Notes: generated from the sequence alone by a model not told the origin. 64,000 nt of DNA from Octopus vulgaris (GCA_951406725.2 OX597814.1:52328001-52392000); one strand, 5' to 3'. Shown: positions 1 through 13,214, counted from the first letter of the stretch. A program made the numbers and translations.

Positions 1-514
1 TTTTGATAGTGAGGGTGGTAGCCTAGTGGTTAGAATGTTCCACTAACAATCATGAGATTGTGGTTTTGATTCCCAGACTGGGTGGTGTGTTGTGTTCTTA
101 AGCTAAACACTTCATTCAATATTGCTCTGTTATCAGTTTACCTGACAGGAGGCACACTGTGCACATGTGATGTCAATTTGATGGAGGGAGTACGCTAATG
201 TACAGAATATATATTTGATCATTATAAACAAATCATCTGTGTAAGTTGTTTAGCAAGAAACTGCAGAAACCTCATCTGTCATCTACAACAGAAGTGTCCA
301 CAATAACATTTGATAGATTAATAAGAGTAACAACTAATTATTCTTCATGCAATTAATAGCAGGAAATTCATTCAGATATATTCCTATCTTAAGCATAGTT
401 AATGCTGGTGAAGCATAAACTTGAAATATTGAGGTATGAAACTAAATACTGTATATTTTGTCCAGTATTGTCATTTGTGCTATTTCTCCATCTCCCTCTC
501 TATAGGTCTTCTCG

Positions 515-893
515 TCATTGTAAGTGCCACAATGATGAGGGTTCCAGTTGTTCTGATCAATGGAACAGCCTACTCGTGAAATTAACATGCAAGTCACTGA
601 GCACTCCACAGACACATGTACCCTTAATGTAGTTCTCGGGGAAATTCAGTGTGACACAGTGTGTGACAAGGCTGGCACTTTGAAATACAGGTACAGCAGA
701 AACAGGAAGAAAGAGTGACAGAAAGTTGTGGTGAAAGAGTACAGCAGGGTTTGCCACCACCCCCTACCGGAGCCTCATGGAGCTTTAGGCGTTTTCACTC
801 AATAAACACTCACAACGCCTGGTTTAGGAATCAAAACTGCGATCCTACAACCACAAGTCCACTGCTCTAACCACTGGGCCATTGCGCCTCCAC
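515..893 (-). mobile_element. tRNA-derived SINE
   Basis: Head GGAGGCGCAATGGCCCAGTGGTTAGAGCA (A box) followed by GTTTTGATTCC (B-box-like). Confidence 0.75.
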
Positions 894-979
894 ATAAGTC
901 TTGTAAATCTAGAGTGTTATGACTAGCCATGAGAAATTAAAAGTTACATATTGGTATATAAATAAAAACAAATAATAAT

Positions 980-1370
980 AATCATTGTCATGGTAATGAA
1001 ATGTTTACATTTCTATGGGTGCATGAGTCAGACAGAATTTGTTGAGGCAGATTTTTATATATTGTTAGATGTTTTCCCTGTCACCAACCCTCACCTGTTT
1101 CCAAACAAGGTAATATTTCCCCATGGAAGACTAGAATCAAGTAACACTGCTTGTATGACAGTGATGATTATTTACAATCATCACAACACAAGCGCGCACA
1201 CACACACACACAGGACTTCTCTAAGTTTCTGTCTACTAAATCCATTCATAAGGCTTTGGTCAGCTTGGGCCTATAGTTGAAAACACTTGGCCAAGGTGCT
1301 ATGCAATGGGACTGAACTTAAGACCATATGGTTAGGAAGCCAGATTATTAACCTCAAAGCCACAACTGCA
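980..1370 (-). mobile_element. SINE of the GGCTGTGTGGTAAGAAG head family
   Basis: Shares head and body (ggttcagtcccact...caagtgtcttctactatagc...caaagccttg) with many copies in the window. Confidence 0.7.
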
Positions 1371-3497
1371 TGTATAAATAAAACAAATAAATTGAATGAA
1401 AAAACCTATCTGTTCAAGAATATCTAAGCATACTTCTTAGATATTGGTAGCAGTTGTTTTTCTGACATCTCTGTTACATATGTAAGTTTCCTAGCTTACA
1501 AACATCTGTCTTTTTTCTGCCATATGTGTGTGTGTGTGCATATGAGTGCATATATGTACATATGGTGTAAAACTGAGAACAAAAGTGTGTCACTGAATGA
1601 TTTCTAATACATATGCATACGTAAATATCTGGGTCTGTACATACACATATATTTATATATGTTGAATATGTGTATGTTTAAAATGATGTACAAATTTTAT
1701 ACACATAAAGAATCTTGCAAACCAAATCCAAAAACGAAATATATATATATGCACATATACAGAAACACACATACAAACATGTGCATGTATGCACACACAC
1801 TCCCAACAAAGCTAAACACAAAAAGATTTTGATTACTCAAAGAATTATAATGAACAGCTAATAGCTAAACATAGTGTGACTGAGAAAGCTGTTCACTGAA
1901 TTATGAGTATACATCAAAATTTACTGTTACATTGTCATAACAGCCTCAGTGTGAAACAGATTGAATGCCATTCACTGTGACAACTAAATAGTTCAGTTTG
2001 TGAAAGCAAATTGAACTGTTTAGTTTATAACATATTCATAAGCTTAAAACATACTCCATCTTGCTGTAGAATATTATTATCCAACAACCATTAGTAAGTA
2101 GAATGCATTATAGATTTGTGGTTATAAAACTATTATTATCATTATCATGCACCAGAACTAATTAGGCTTTAAGCATTTAAATTTGTCATATACATTACAC
2201 ATTTTTCACACAATTGAAAAAATAAGATAGAACTCAATATAAATTCAAAATTAATAAAGATAACCATGTACCTCCTCTACAGGAAGACACTTTTTCTGCT
2301 TCTCTGTCTCTCAGTCACACTCTAACACAAATTCCCTCCTCAAATGCCCCTGCCCCTTTCAAAATTCCTTGTCTTGCAAGTTACATGGTGACCCTGCCAA
2401 TGCTGTTGCCACTTAAGAAGCATTCAGTCCACACTGTAAAGTGGTTGGCATTTGGAAGGGCATCCACTGTAAAAATCATCCCAAAACTAACCTCGCATGT
2501 AAAAAGCATTGAGTTCACTCTGCAGAGTGGCTGGTGTTAGGAAGGGCATCCAGTTGTAAAAACCCTGCCAAAACAGACACAGTAGGCTGGGGTAGTCTTC
2601 CACCTGGCCAGCTCCTGTCAACCATCCACTCTATGCATGCATGGAAGATGGATGTCAAACAGTGATGATGGTGATAATGATGATGATATTAAAATTAGGT
2701 GGAATACTCTCTGCCACTAACAAATAATCAACTAGAAGAGAACATTCCTTCCAACTTTGTAGTATGCATGGGTTCCTATAAGATTTGAAGTTGTAATGCT
2801 ATTCAACATGTTACTTGGTATAGATAAACAATATATTTTTCTGTGTAATTATAAATGATCTACTGGCACTAAATCCTTGAAACTGAGTGTATGGTAACAA
2901 TCAAGACAATCAGAGACAACATAGTCTTAGCAGCATAAATTAAAAAGAAAGCTAATTGTAGATATGAAGGTGTGTATATTAATTTTTAGAAAACTCAACA
3001 TTAAACTGATCAACCAGCATATGCTTAGATTTTTGTTAACACACACACTTAAATAATTATATATACATACATTTTTACACACAAGGTTTTCAAAAATGGT
3101 AGTCAGAGAGAAGCAGAATATCTGAAACTCTAAATACCTTTTGCTCTGATCGAATGTACCCCTCCCCTTCCCCAGTCTCCAGATATAAATATATTGTTAT
3201 ATAGAAGTTAGTTGTAAAAATCTCAATGGACAATAAACTAAATTTCAGTGTTAGTCAACAAGAAACATGATAGAGAAATCAAGAGATGATTTCTGCACAA
3301 AATGGTTTCCCTTTGTAAAGAAGATGTCACAAGCTCATTGTCATAACAATCCTCAATGTGAATAAATACCCATATATTTGGTGTAATCTAATTTTAAGGC
3401 ACAGAGTATCTGTATGAAGTTAGAATCCATGCAGTTGAGAAAACAAACCATAATACTTTTGGATAAATAAATGAAATCTTTCAAATAAATAACTTAC

Positions 3498-3611
3498 AAT
3501 TTACGGATCTGACTTTCCTGTTTATATGGATATAATTTTTCAAATGGCTCCTTATTGATGGGGCCTTGTACAGGAGCGTCTTCATCAGAAGAAGTTTCTG
3601 CAGCATCAGTT
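3498..3611 (-). CDS. RILPL1: RILP-like protein exon TDAAETSSDEDAPVQGPINKEPFEKLYPYKQESQIRK(F/L)
   Basis: Acceptor atcatttcag|A and donor TT|gtaagt; 114 nt, phase 2-2. PVQGPINKEP and the (S)GIRKFF-like ending are typical of invertebrate RILP-like C-termini. Confidence 0.87.
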
Positions 3612-4284
3612 CTGAAATGATTAAGAAATTATAGGTTCAGTTGAAAGATTAATGAAGACATGAAGATTTCAACAAAATATATCAACAATAAAATATTTTA
3701 GATGGAAAGCAAGAAATATAAGTATGTTAATATTAAAAAAATAAGTTATCTATAACATTATTGTTTGAAAATAGGTCCATGTTTCTTTTACAGACATTTC
3801 ACTTTTACAATTCTAACCTGAACTATATAGAAAGAATTCTTATGAGTAGTGGCTATTATATACTATACAACAGCTATGGCTCTACAATTGTTAACTCATT
3901 ACATGCTTCTATGTAAAATAGTAGTTTGTGAAAGGGTTTAATTTAGTGGTAGCTGCTTCTTTCTAGTCACAATCGATATATATCAGTAAAATACAGTGAC
4001 AGCTATTAACAGTAATGATGATGTCCTTTCTAAGTTTTAGATATGCTGCTGTTATGTTTAACAAACACTACAAAGTTTAAAGATTTTGCTATTTTTGAAG
4101 TTTCTTAATCAGAAATACAAAATTTTAAAAAATTCCTAGCTAAACTTGCCTATATATCTTTTCAAAAACAGCATATCTCATCCTCTCCTCTTCCAAATAT
4201 AACATATAGCACTTCAATCTGAGGACCACCTCAATGTGTATCTTTCTAAACATTAATTTCCAAACATTTCAAGATATACATTAA

Positions 4285-4497
4285 CTCTTTAACATTTAAA
4301 CTGGCCATATCCGGCCAAAACAGTCTACCTGCTTTATGTTCAAACTGGCCAGATCTGGCCCCTCACACCAACCCTACAATATCATTCTAACAATTAGCAG
4401 GTATCTCACCAAAGTCTTAAAACTACAAGCTAATACATGATTAATTCAAAACATAAATAAGCATTACGTTTGACAGAATAATTTGAATGCTAAAGGG
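4285..4497. mobile_element. piggyBac-like MITE, same family, opposite orientation
   Basis: TTAA flanks, ends AATGCTAAAGGG, and the interior is the reverse complement of the 12427 copy. Confidence 0.8.
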
Positions 4498-5054
4498 TTA
4501 ATCAGTCTCATTTGTCATTCCAATACTTCCTATCTGGGAGGATTCTGACTGGCAATGAACAATGTCGTGTGCAACTTATAACCACCACACAGTACAAGTC
4601 AACACAAGATCAACCATGTCAGGAGTGTCAAACTCATTTGGCTTTGTAGGCTAGATTGAAGCATAAACTAGATCTCATGAGCTGAATAGGGACAGTTATT
4701 CCTAAAAACTTTATTCATAATGAGCTAAAATAAATGGATAAAGGGATCAGAATACATTATGACAGCTTTATTAATGATGAAGAATGGAAAAGAATACGAG
4801 GAGTTAGTAAAATTGATGTGCAGAAATGTTTGAGGAAACTTATCCACGTGAAATATATACAGTCTAATGAAGTAAGAGTCTTTAGAATGAGAACAGAGAT
4901 AAAAATTGTCCAGATGAATGCATACAGGTCTCGAGAAGACTAATGCATGATAGAGAGCTCGTACTACTTCAGCTGCAAAACCTTTCAATATCCTTTATGT
5001 CACTACAATTCGTTCATATTCAAGGGATATCTTATCTCATCTACACCCACTTAT

Positions 5055-5370
5055 TCTTAGAAGACAAAGTCCTCAAGCATGCCCTCCATTTGATCCTCTA
5101 CAAAGCAACTGCTTCCAATTAATCCAGCTGGATCCTCAAATAAGACCAACCAAGCTCATGGATGTTTTTCAACCATCTTCCTCATGGCCCACCACTGAAT
5201 CACCTGCCAGTTGGTTTTTGTCAGTAGAACTTGTCCTGCAATTCTTTCCTGAGACATTCTTACCACATGTCTGTAGTATTACAGCTGTGATCTCTTAATT
5301 TGGAAAAGTAGTGGCTCTGCCTGGAGCACTGCTCTAATCTCTGAGCTATGCACTCTATTGAGTAACTTTA
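5055..5370 (-). mobile_element. RTE (Expander/REX3-like) LINE 3' fragment
   Basis: Conceptual translation NRVHSSEIRAVLQAEPLLFQIKRSQL*YYRHVVRMSQER...GRWLKNI. Confidence 0.7.
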
Positions 5371-5915
5371 CTTGATTCTAGTTATACGAACTTGCAAATA
5401 AATAAAACAATGTGATCTATTTCCTTTTCATTTTTTTAGTATACACATTCATAAGCATTTTTCTTTGATTGAGATAACAAAGAATTCCTTAAGGTGCACT
5501 AATTTGATTGATGTTAAACATGACTCTAGCCAGGCTCCAACATTAAATGCATGTTGGTGATATGTATTTTACAGAATATTTTGAAATGAAAAATAATTTG
5601 TTTTGTATAAAATTGAGCAGGAAGGTTAAGGTTAGGAGCTGGAGTTGGGCTGTGAGCTTTATGCTTGACACTCCTACCCTATATGATCACTAACCTGCAA
5701 AAAATAGCAGAGCAGCCAACTTTCCTTTGTATGAAATACAATTGTAAGCAGGATGAGTTTGAAAATATACATTGGATGGTTATATCTAGAAAGTTTCTAT
5801 TGTATAGAACACAGGCAAAATAATAACAAGAGCAATAACAACTTACAACTGAATGAGATTCAAACATATGTAAACTATTAGCATCAATAAAAAAAATTTG
5901 AGGAAACAAACTTAC

Positions 5916-5969
5916 AATTCTTCAGCTAAAGACTGGTTGCCTTCAGAGTTTGGAAGATTATCATCTGGT
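5916..5969 (-). CDS. RILPL1: RILP-like protein short exon PDDNLPNSEGNQSLAEEL
   Basis: Acceptor ttcttattcag|A and donor TT|gtaagt; 54 nt, phase 2-2, open and in frame with its neighbours. Confidence 0.78.
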
Positions 5970-6464
5970 CTGAATAAGAATAAAGAATATTATTTATCAT
6001 TGTGCTATGAATCAGTATATAGAAGGGAAAAGATTCAGCAGCTTGCAGATGACATCACAACACATCATAGCATGTGAAAGGAATCTACATTTCCAAATAT
6101 ATAGTTACATAATATGTTTACCATTATTTTCAATTCACTGAAAAGACACCCTATAGGACAAATATAGATGTCAACTGCTGCTTTTCAAACAATCTTAGAC
6201 TTATTTACAAAAGTAAAATTCTATTGTGTGTCCTCTTATAGCAAGCTATGTCTGGATGAAGTAGAAGGATGGTAAGCATATGAAAAACACTCAGGACTAA
6301 GATATTTCACAGTGAAATCTTAGATTCCTTGTATCTTAGTGAGGTAGTAAATAATGACAACTGACTAAACAATTTTTTTGATTTTTGAATTTAAATTATA
6401 CTTTAACCATAATATCTTCAGGTGCCATACCTTGAAAAAATCAAAAACAAAACAAAAAACACAG

Positions 6465-6619
6465 GTGATTGTATGATAAGAAGTTTGCTTCCTAAGCACA
6501 TGGTTTGGACTTAGGTCCCAACGCATGGAACCTTGGACAAGTGTCTTCTATTACATATAATTCTGGTCAACCAAAGCCTAGCATGTAAACTTGGTATATA
6601 GAAAGTGAAAGAAGCCAAT

Positions 6620-6653
<34 letters not shown>

Positions 6654-6900
6654 TGTGTGTATGTTCCTGTCTCTGCCATGACATTGCATGATAGTAGTAA
6701 ATGAGTGTCACCATCATGAAGCAGTGACCTTTGTTTCCAAACAGTCAAAGAAAACATGTCTAGTCATGGAGGAACATTACTTTACTTGGAAACGAGTGAG
6801 GGTTGCTGACAGGAAGGGCATCCAGTAATAAAAAAAAACTTCTCAACAAATTCTATGGAAAAGTAGATGTTAAAACAATGATGATGATGATGATGATGAC
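6465..6900 (+). mobile_element. SINE of the same family
   Basis: Head taagaagtttgcttcc, internal (TA)n/(TG)n, and a (GAT)n tail. Confidence 0.75.
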
Positions 6901-7576
6901 ATTCCAGTAATGAGCAATCAGAGAAGCATGCCAAAACTGTGTGGCCATGAAAAGCCTGTTGCAGCTTTCAAAAATTATGGAATCATAATAAGATAGAATG
7001 ACCAGTTATGTGAAGATCAGTTCTGTAAAAGCTCCAGAGAAATAACATAAAGCTTTTAACTTGAAACTGTGATAGATACACATATCAACTATTGGATGGC
7101 TATTTGGACATTGTACATTGTGTACACATACACTCATTTTCTCTTTCTCTCTCTCACACACACACACACACAAAGATACAGATAGCTATGTTTATTATAC
7201 ATCTGTTTTCCCATGCTGGTACAGATTAGATAAAATTTATGAGGCAGATTTTCTACAGCTGGATGCTCTCCCAGCCATTAATCCCCATTTAATTTACAAG
7301 TCAGATATTTTTTATTCCACTGAACTATAGGACATTTGTCCACTGCTGAATGTAAGCAATGTCAGTCTTTCACTCAGGTGCTGTTACATATTTAAAAATA
7401 CATAAAAACTATCATCCACACACTGTCCATACACACATATCTATACACATGTGATTGTTTCCATCTACTAATTCAACTCACAACATATTGGTCAATCTTA
7501 GGATATAGTGGAAGTCACTTGTTCAAGATGCCATGCAGTTCGATCAAGCCCAAGCCACATGGTTGCAAATATATAA

Positions 7577-7631
<55 letters not shown>

Positions 7632-8484
7632 TATATAATAATGGCTGTGTAACAGGGATAGTTTTAAGCCAATTAGACAGATTTGTTCAAATTGAGCTCC
7701 TCCTGTGTACATGCTCAAGCAGAGGATACTATGATGAATTAAAGCCTTTGACTGCATCAAGCAAAAATATTCACACAATTCTTTTTATCTTTTCATGTGA
7801 CAAGTGGATTTATCCCATGACTTTTAGAAAATATCTTATTTAATTCTGATATTTATTTTCTGTGAAATGAGTGCCTGGTAATATGTGACAGGAAGGGCAT
7901 CAAAATCAGCTCAACTCAGCTCAACAAGCACAAGGCCTATTTACAAACAGTATGTCAGTAATTATCTTGACTTGTAATAAAACATTAAAACTTTCATGAG
8001 CTTTCAATCTCTAGTATGTCATTGTGACTAATAATGGAGCTTCAAGTCCTCAATGTTTTTTGGCTGGGACTGGTGTACTTAAACAAAGTATAAAACATCA
8101 ATCTTTAGCTTTCGTGGAGTAGAGGGCCTCACTGACAAGTCCCTAATTGGACCCTGCATTTCCTAGTGTAATAAAGTTAACTTTGTAACAATGTAGCTAT
8201 GGGTTTGGCCTCACTACATGGTATCTTGAAAAAGTAACTTTCAAAATAGCTGAGTTATGTGTGTGTGTGTACACTTATACACACCTAATTTACTGCTGTA
8301 CATTTGTTTCTCTATGATACTATAGATGAGATGGTTTCCCTTGCAACAGTTTTTTTTTTGTACTTTACTCAGTTATAAAGTAGAACCATTTTTGTCAGGC
8401 AAACTATTTGGAACAAGCAAAGTTATGTACCTTGCATAATAGTTCAAGTACTAAACATTCAACTCTTGAATCTTTAGCATTGTT

Positions 8485-8870
8485 TTAAAGTTCACTTTTC
8501 CATGCTTGCTTAGGTTGGAGGGAATTTGATGAGGCAAACTTTCTACAGTGAGATGCCCTTCTTGCTTCCAAGCAAGGTAATATTTCTTCAAGACGGGGCA
8601 TATTTTCACAGAAGATTAGAAAGGAAGGACACCACTTATGTAACTGACACTCATTTACAACTACCACATGATGTCTAGGCAAGGAGACAGTAACACACAC
8701 ACACGCAGAAATCTGTCTGTCTATCTATTTCTCTCTCTCTCTGTAATGGGTTTCTTTCACTTTCTGTATACCAAATCCACTCTGGGTTATAATAGAAGAT
8801 GCCCAAAATGTCACACAGATGTGGGATTGAACCTGGAACAATGTGTGTGGAAAGCAGCTCAGCACCATAA
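8485..8870 (-). mobile_element. SINE of the same family
   Basis: ttccatgcttgc...ttctacag...aaatccactc...ggaaagca blocks shared with other copies. Confidence 0.7.
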
Positions 8871-8983
8871 CAGAATGACATGACTATCATCACCATGACC
8901 ATGATTATGATATTGGTACTTATATTGGGTAACATTAAACAGAATAAAAACAAATTAATGCCAAATTATAAATTGAAGCTTAC

Positions 8984-9168
8984 TTTGGTTTATATTTTTT
9001 TAATTCTTCTTCAACTTCTAACAAGCGTACTTTCAACTCATTTCTCTCTTTTAGAACTTCCCGAAGTTCTGCTATAGAGAATCGTGGACTTTCTTGATCC
9101 GAAATGTCAACAGTGATTTTACCATATTTACTGAGTTTTTCTTCAAGCCTGCTCAATTCTTCTGCTGT
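8984..9168 (-). CDS. RILPL1: RILP-like protein exon with RH2 (Rab-binding) domain: DQESPRFSIAELREVLKERNELKVRLLEVEEELKKYKP
   Basis: Acceptor tctttatctcag|ACA and donor AA|gtaagc; 185 nt, phase 0 to 2. Matches the RH2 signature PRFTLQELRDVLHERNELK...EEL.YYK. Confidence 0.93.
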
Positions 9169-9983
9169 CTGAGATAAAGAAACAAAATAGAAACAGTGTA
9201 AATAAAAATAAAAATGGTTTCTGATTAAGGCACAAGGCAATGGCATAGCATGGGGTGTACAGGGTGTGTGCACTACATAGGGTTGCTACTGTAGTTGAAG
9301 ATATGTTTAAGGAAGGGTGCAACCTAAACCGCAAATTGCTGGCCTTCTTCTATGTCACTGGCGCAAGACCAACAATTTTGAGGGGAGGGGGTTTAGGTGA
9401 TATCATTGACACCAGTATTTAGGTAGTACTTTATTTTATCAATTCTAAAAGGATGAAAGACAAAGGTGACTTCAATAGGATTTGGGTTCAGAACATTAAG
9501 AGTTGGAACAAACACTGCAAAATGTTGAGGGTTTTGCTAGACCTTTTTACTGGAATTGTGAAGGCATATAACCAAGTGGTTAGAGGGTTACATTTACAAT
9601 CACAACATTATGGTTTTGATTCCCTGATCAGCAGTGCATTGCATTCTTGAGCAAAGCAGTTCATTTGAAGTTGCTCCAGTCCACTCAGCTGTAAATGGGT
9701 AACCCTGCAACAGATTGGCATTCTGTTCAGGAGGAATGTTAGCCTATCCACCTGACCAGTGGGAGATCATCATTTGAAAGATACAACAATGTAAGGAAGT
9801 GTATGATGACCAGCAGTGTATAACAACATCTGACAGTTTGGTTAATGCAGTGATATAGTAATGTTACTGGAATTACAAGCTACTATTATTTTCAAGTCTT
9901 GCTGTAAGAAGTCTCATTTGATCAAACAAATTCAAAATATGATTTTCTTGAAATGTAATTAAAAAAAATTATGTTCAACTTAC

Positions 9984-10205
9984 TAAAGAACCATTGTCTG
10001 AACCATCACTTGGTGCATCTGAAGATTCACATTCTTGTTCCTTTAGGAGTCCTTTAATGGTCAAGATTTGTTTTTCTTTATCCTGAATGTGAGACTGTAG
10101 TTCTAGCCTCTCTTCTAACAGAGTCTGTGTCTGCTTCCTTTGAGAAGAATTCTTTCTACGTAAATCAGTATTTATTTTCACAACTCTTTCCAACTGTGAT
10201 TGAAG
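9984..10205 (-). CDS. RILPL1: RILP-like protein exon (coiled coil): LQSQLERVVKINTDLRRK...DNGSL
   Basis: Acceptor ttttttcttcag|CTT and donor TTA|gtaagt; 222 nt, phase 0-0. Resembles RILPL1 LQQQQTRLMKINHDLRHR...KALIEQKVELE. Confidence 0.9.
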
Positions 10206-11206
10206 CTGAAGAAAAAAATAATGAAACAAAATATAGAAGCCTTAAACCTTATTTAATGAATCTCTCTCATAATTCCATTCTGAAATATCTCTAAATAACT
10301 GATCTACAGCCACGAAATGTTTTCGCACTATCCACTTTCACAAAACACAATGCCCCAATTTCTCCAAACTCCACATTGACTTTGGTAATCATATCCTCCA
10401 GATCCTCATTGTTCTAGCACTTGTAACTGTTTTGTTCAATTTTTCTTCCTAGAGCTGTACCCTTGAAACTCCTTCCTGATACATACTTTCTATAACTACT
10501 AGCATGTAAGGGTTTGAACTGAACATTATTAATATGGCTTACTGTACTTCCAATTTATCATTATCAGTATAACTTACTACACTATCAACTCAGTTTAAGG
10601 CAACTATGAAACATTTATAGTCACAGTCCCTTCTCTTCTGAACATCTTTAGAAATACAGTAGTCTTTGTAATGCAATTTTGGCAATGTTATATATATTTT
10701 GTATATTCATTAGATTGTAAAGCTTAACATTTTTAGTAATTTTGGGATTATGTTTTCTTATGGGATGATCAGAAAGAAGGGACTGTGCCTAAAGCATCTC
10801 CAGACTCTGAGTTGTGTTTCTCATGTTAAACATTTTTTTGGCTCACTACATTAAGTATGTTAGCTCCCCCATCACAACCACCATCACTTAAGTATAATGC
10901 ACAAAAGAAAAATAAAGACTACACACATAAAAAAGAAATGATTTTGAGTTGTGATGTTATGATGGTGATAATAGTTGTGGTGACAACAGGGATAATGTTC
11001 CTTACGGATTATGTATTATTTATGCATCATCAAGTACAGATCTTGTTTCAACTTGAAGCTGCAAAGTAAAATAAGAGCTTGTTTCAACTTGAAGTTGTGA
11101 AGTAATATAAAATACTGAGGAACAATACAGCATAATGAGATTGTTTAGTTTTAATGTGTTTAAAACTGATTCATATGAATTTCTGAAATGTTTTTCTGGT
11201 TTGAAA

Positions 11207-11431
11207 CTTTTTTTTTTTTTTTTCGACTCTATGCACAAGGCCCAAAATTTTGGTGGAGGGGGCCAGTCAATTACATCGACCCCCGTACGCAGCTAGTACT
11301 TAATTTATCGTCCCCTGAAAGGATGAAAGGCAAAGTCGACCTTGGCGGAATTTGAACTCAGAACATAAAGACAGACAAAATACTGCTAAGCATTTTGCCC
11401 AGCGTGCTAACGTTTCCACTAGCTCACCGCC
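11207..11431 (-). mobile_element. tRNA-derived SINE with poly(A) tail, young copy
   Basis: 14-bp TSD TTTCTGGTTTGAAA (11193-11206 and 11432-11445). T-run tail at 11208-11223, B-box-like GAGTTCAAATTCC, CpGs retained. Confidence 0.88.
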
Positions 11432-11984
11432 TTTCTGGTTTGAAATTTTGAAAGGGTGATGAAGATAAAACAGAAGATTTATTTAAACTATGTATGGTAT
11501 GCTATACTTGTGAGTTCTAATATTTGCAGTGCAATAGTTAATGAGTTTGCTGGTGACCTAGGATTATGTATTATTTGAATACTTCAATGGAGGATAATAA
11601 TTTTCTGAGCTGGACTTTAGACCTAGGATAATGATAGGAAGTTCATAACCTGAATTACTATAGCCAAAAATATTCCTGACTTTTTGTTGATTCAAAATAT
11701 TAAATACTGCTAAACTTCAAGAGACATTTTAGCTTATAAACAAAGTGAGAAGTTCATCAAGTTGACATGTTTGGGTTATTTTTGTGTCTTACAATATAAA
11801 TGGTTGCTGTTTAATTATAAGCATGCCATTTCAGGATATGGATCCATACCAGTGGCAGAGAAAGCAGATCATTGATAACACTTGATATATAATTTCTAAT
11901 GGTTGAAGTATTGCAGTACAATACTTAATGAGTTTGCTGGTGACCTAGGGTTATGTATTATTTGAATAATTCAATAGAGATTGT

Positions 11985-12385
11985 CATTGTCATCATCACC
12001 ATCATCCTCATTGAACATTCACTTTTCCATGCTTGCATGGATCTGATGGAATTTCTTGAGGCAGATTTTCTACAGCTGGGTACCCCTCCTATTACCAACC
12101 TTCACCTGTTTCTAACCAATGTAACATTCTTCCATGGTCAGACATGTTTTTCGTGGAAGACTGGAAACGAACAACTTTGCATGATGATGATGCTCATTTA
12201 CAACCACTACATGATGTCTAAATAAAGACACACACACACACAACAGTTTCACCAAATCTACTTTCAAAGCTTTGGTTGGCATGGGGCTATAGTAGAAGAT
12301 ACTTGTGAAAGTGCTGCACAGTGGGACTGAACCTAAGGCTACATGGTTGGGAAGCAAGCTTCTTAACCACACAGCCATGACTGCA
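11985..12385 (-). mobile_element. SINE of the same family
   Basis: Ends gggaagcaagcttcttaaccacacagcc (reverse-complement of the head) and has a (CAT)n tail. Confidence 0.8.
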
Positions 12386-12426
12386 TCTATTCCACATCTA
12401 CACATGCAAAAGAGGAGGGAGTTTAA

Positions 12427-12647
12427 CCCTTTAGCATTCAGATTACCCTGTCAAATGTAATGCTTATTTATTCACATTATTTTGAATTAATCCTGCATTA
12501 TCCCTCAGCTCTGAGATTCCAGTGATGTGCTCATATATTTTTTTAAATGACACAATAGGATAGGGGAGAGATGCCAGATCTGGGCAGTTTGAACATAAAA
12601 CAGGTAGAATATTCTGGCTGGATATGGTTGGTTTAAATGCTAAAGGG
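12427..12647. mobile_element. piggyBac-like MITE (~220 bp)
   Basis: TTAA TSD on both sides. TIR CCCTTTAGCATT...AATGCTAAAGGG. Confidence 0.85.
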
Positions 12648-13214
12648 TTAAATCATTTTATTTCAATTTATTAATGCTAAAATTGTCATTTATCTGTAAC
12701 TTTGACTATTTATATAAAATTACTTTTAAAAAAATTGTGAAATTAGTAAATTAGATGATAAGTCATATATAGTAAACTAGATGGCTAAACACAATGGCTA
12801 CTGAAATACTTGAACTTTAAACTTTACAATCATTAATCCAGTACCTAATCTTTCAACTATTATTCCTATGTATCTGGCTAATTTGAAAGTAGCCAGCCTA
12901 CACAATTATTTCCTGAAGCTACAACCATTAGAAATTATATATCAAGTGTTATCAATGATCTGCTTCCTCCACCACTGATATGGATCCACATCCTGAAATG
13001 GCATGCTTATAACCGAATAGCAACCATTTATATTGTAAGACACAAAAATAACCCAAACATGTCAATTTCTCACTTTGTTTATATACTAAAATGTCTCTTC
13101 AAGTTTAGCAGTATTTAACATTTTGAATCAACAAAAGAAAATCAGGAATATCTTTGGCGATAGTAATTCAGGTTATGAACTTCCTATCATTATCCTAGGT
13201 CACAAAATTATTAC

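Larger units (their letters stand above)
11620..13201. repeat. Inverted repeat, arms 11620-11905 and 12922-13201
   Basis: Arms are reverse complements over ~285 bp with few mismatches or indels, and are not seen elsewhere in the window. Confidence 0.93.

Noticed and set aside
800-893. tRNA-like A/B boxes (also at other SINE heads)
   Set aside because: No complete cloverleaf and the sequence continues into SINE bodies, so these are not tRNA genes.
3103-3121. Possible terminal exon (L-Y-S-A-S-L-stop) after a tttcag acceptor
   Set aside because: Weak pyrimidine tract and no resemblance to the expected FF..LF tail. A similar candidate near 260 lies in a SINE-like repeat.
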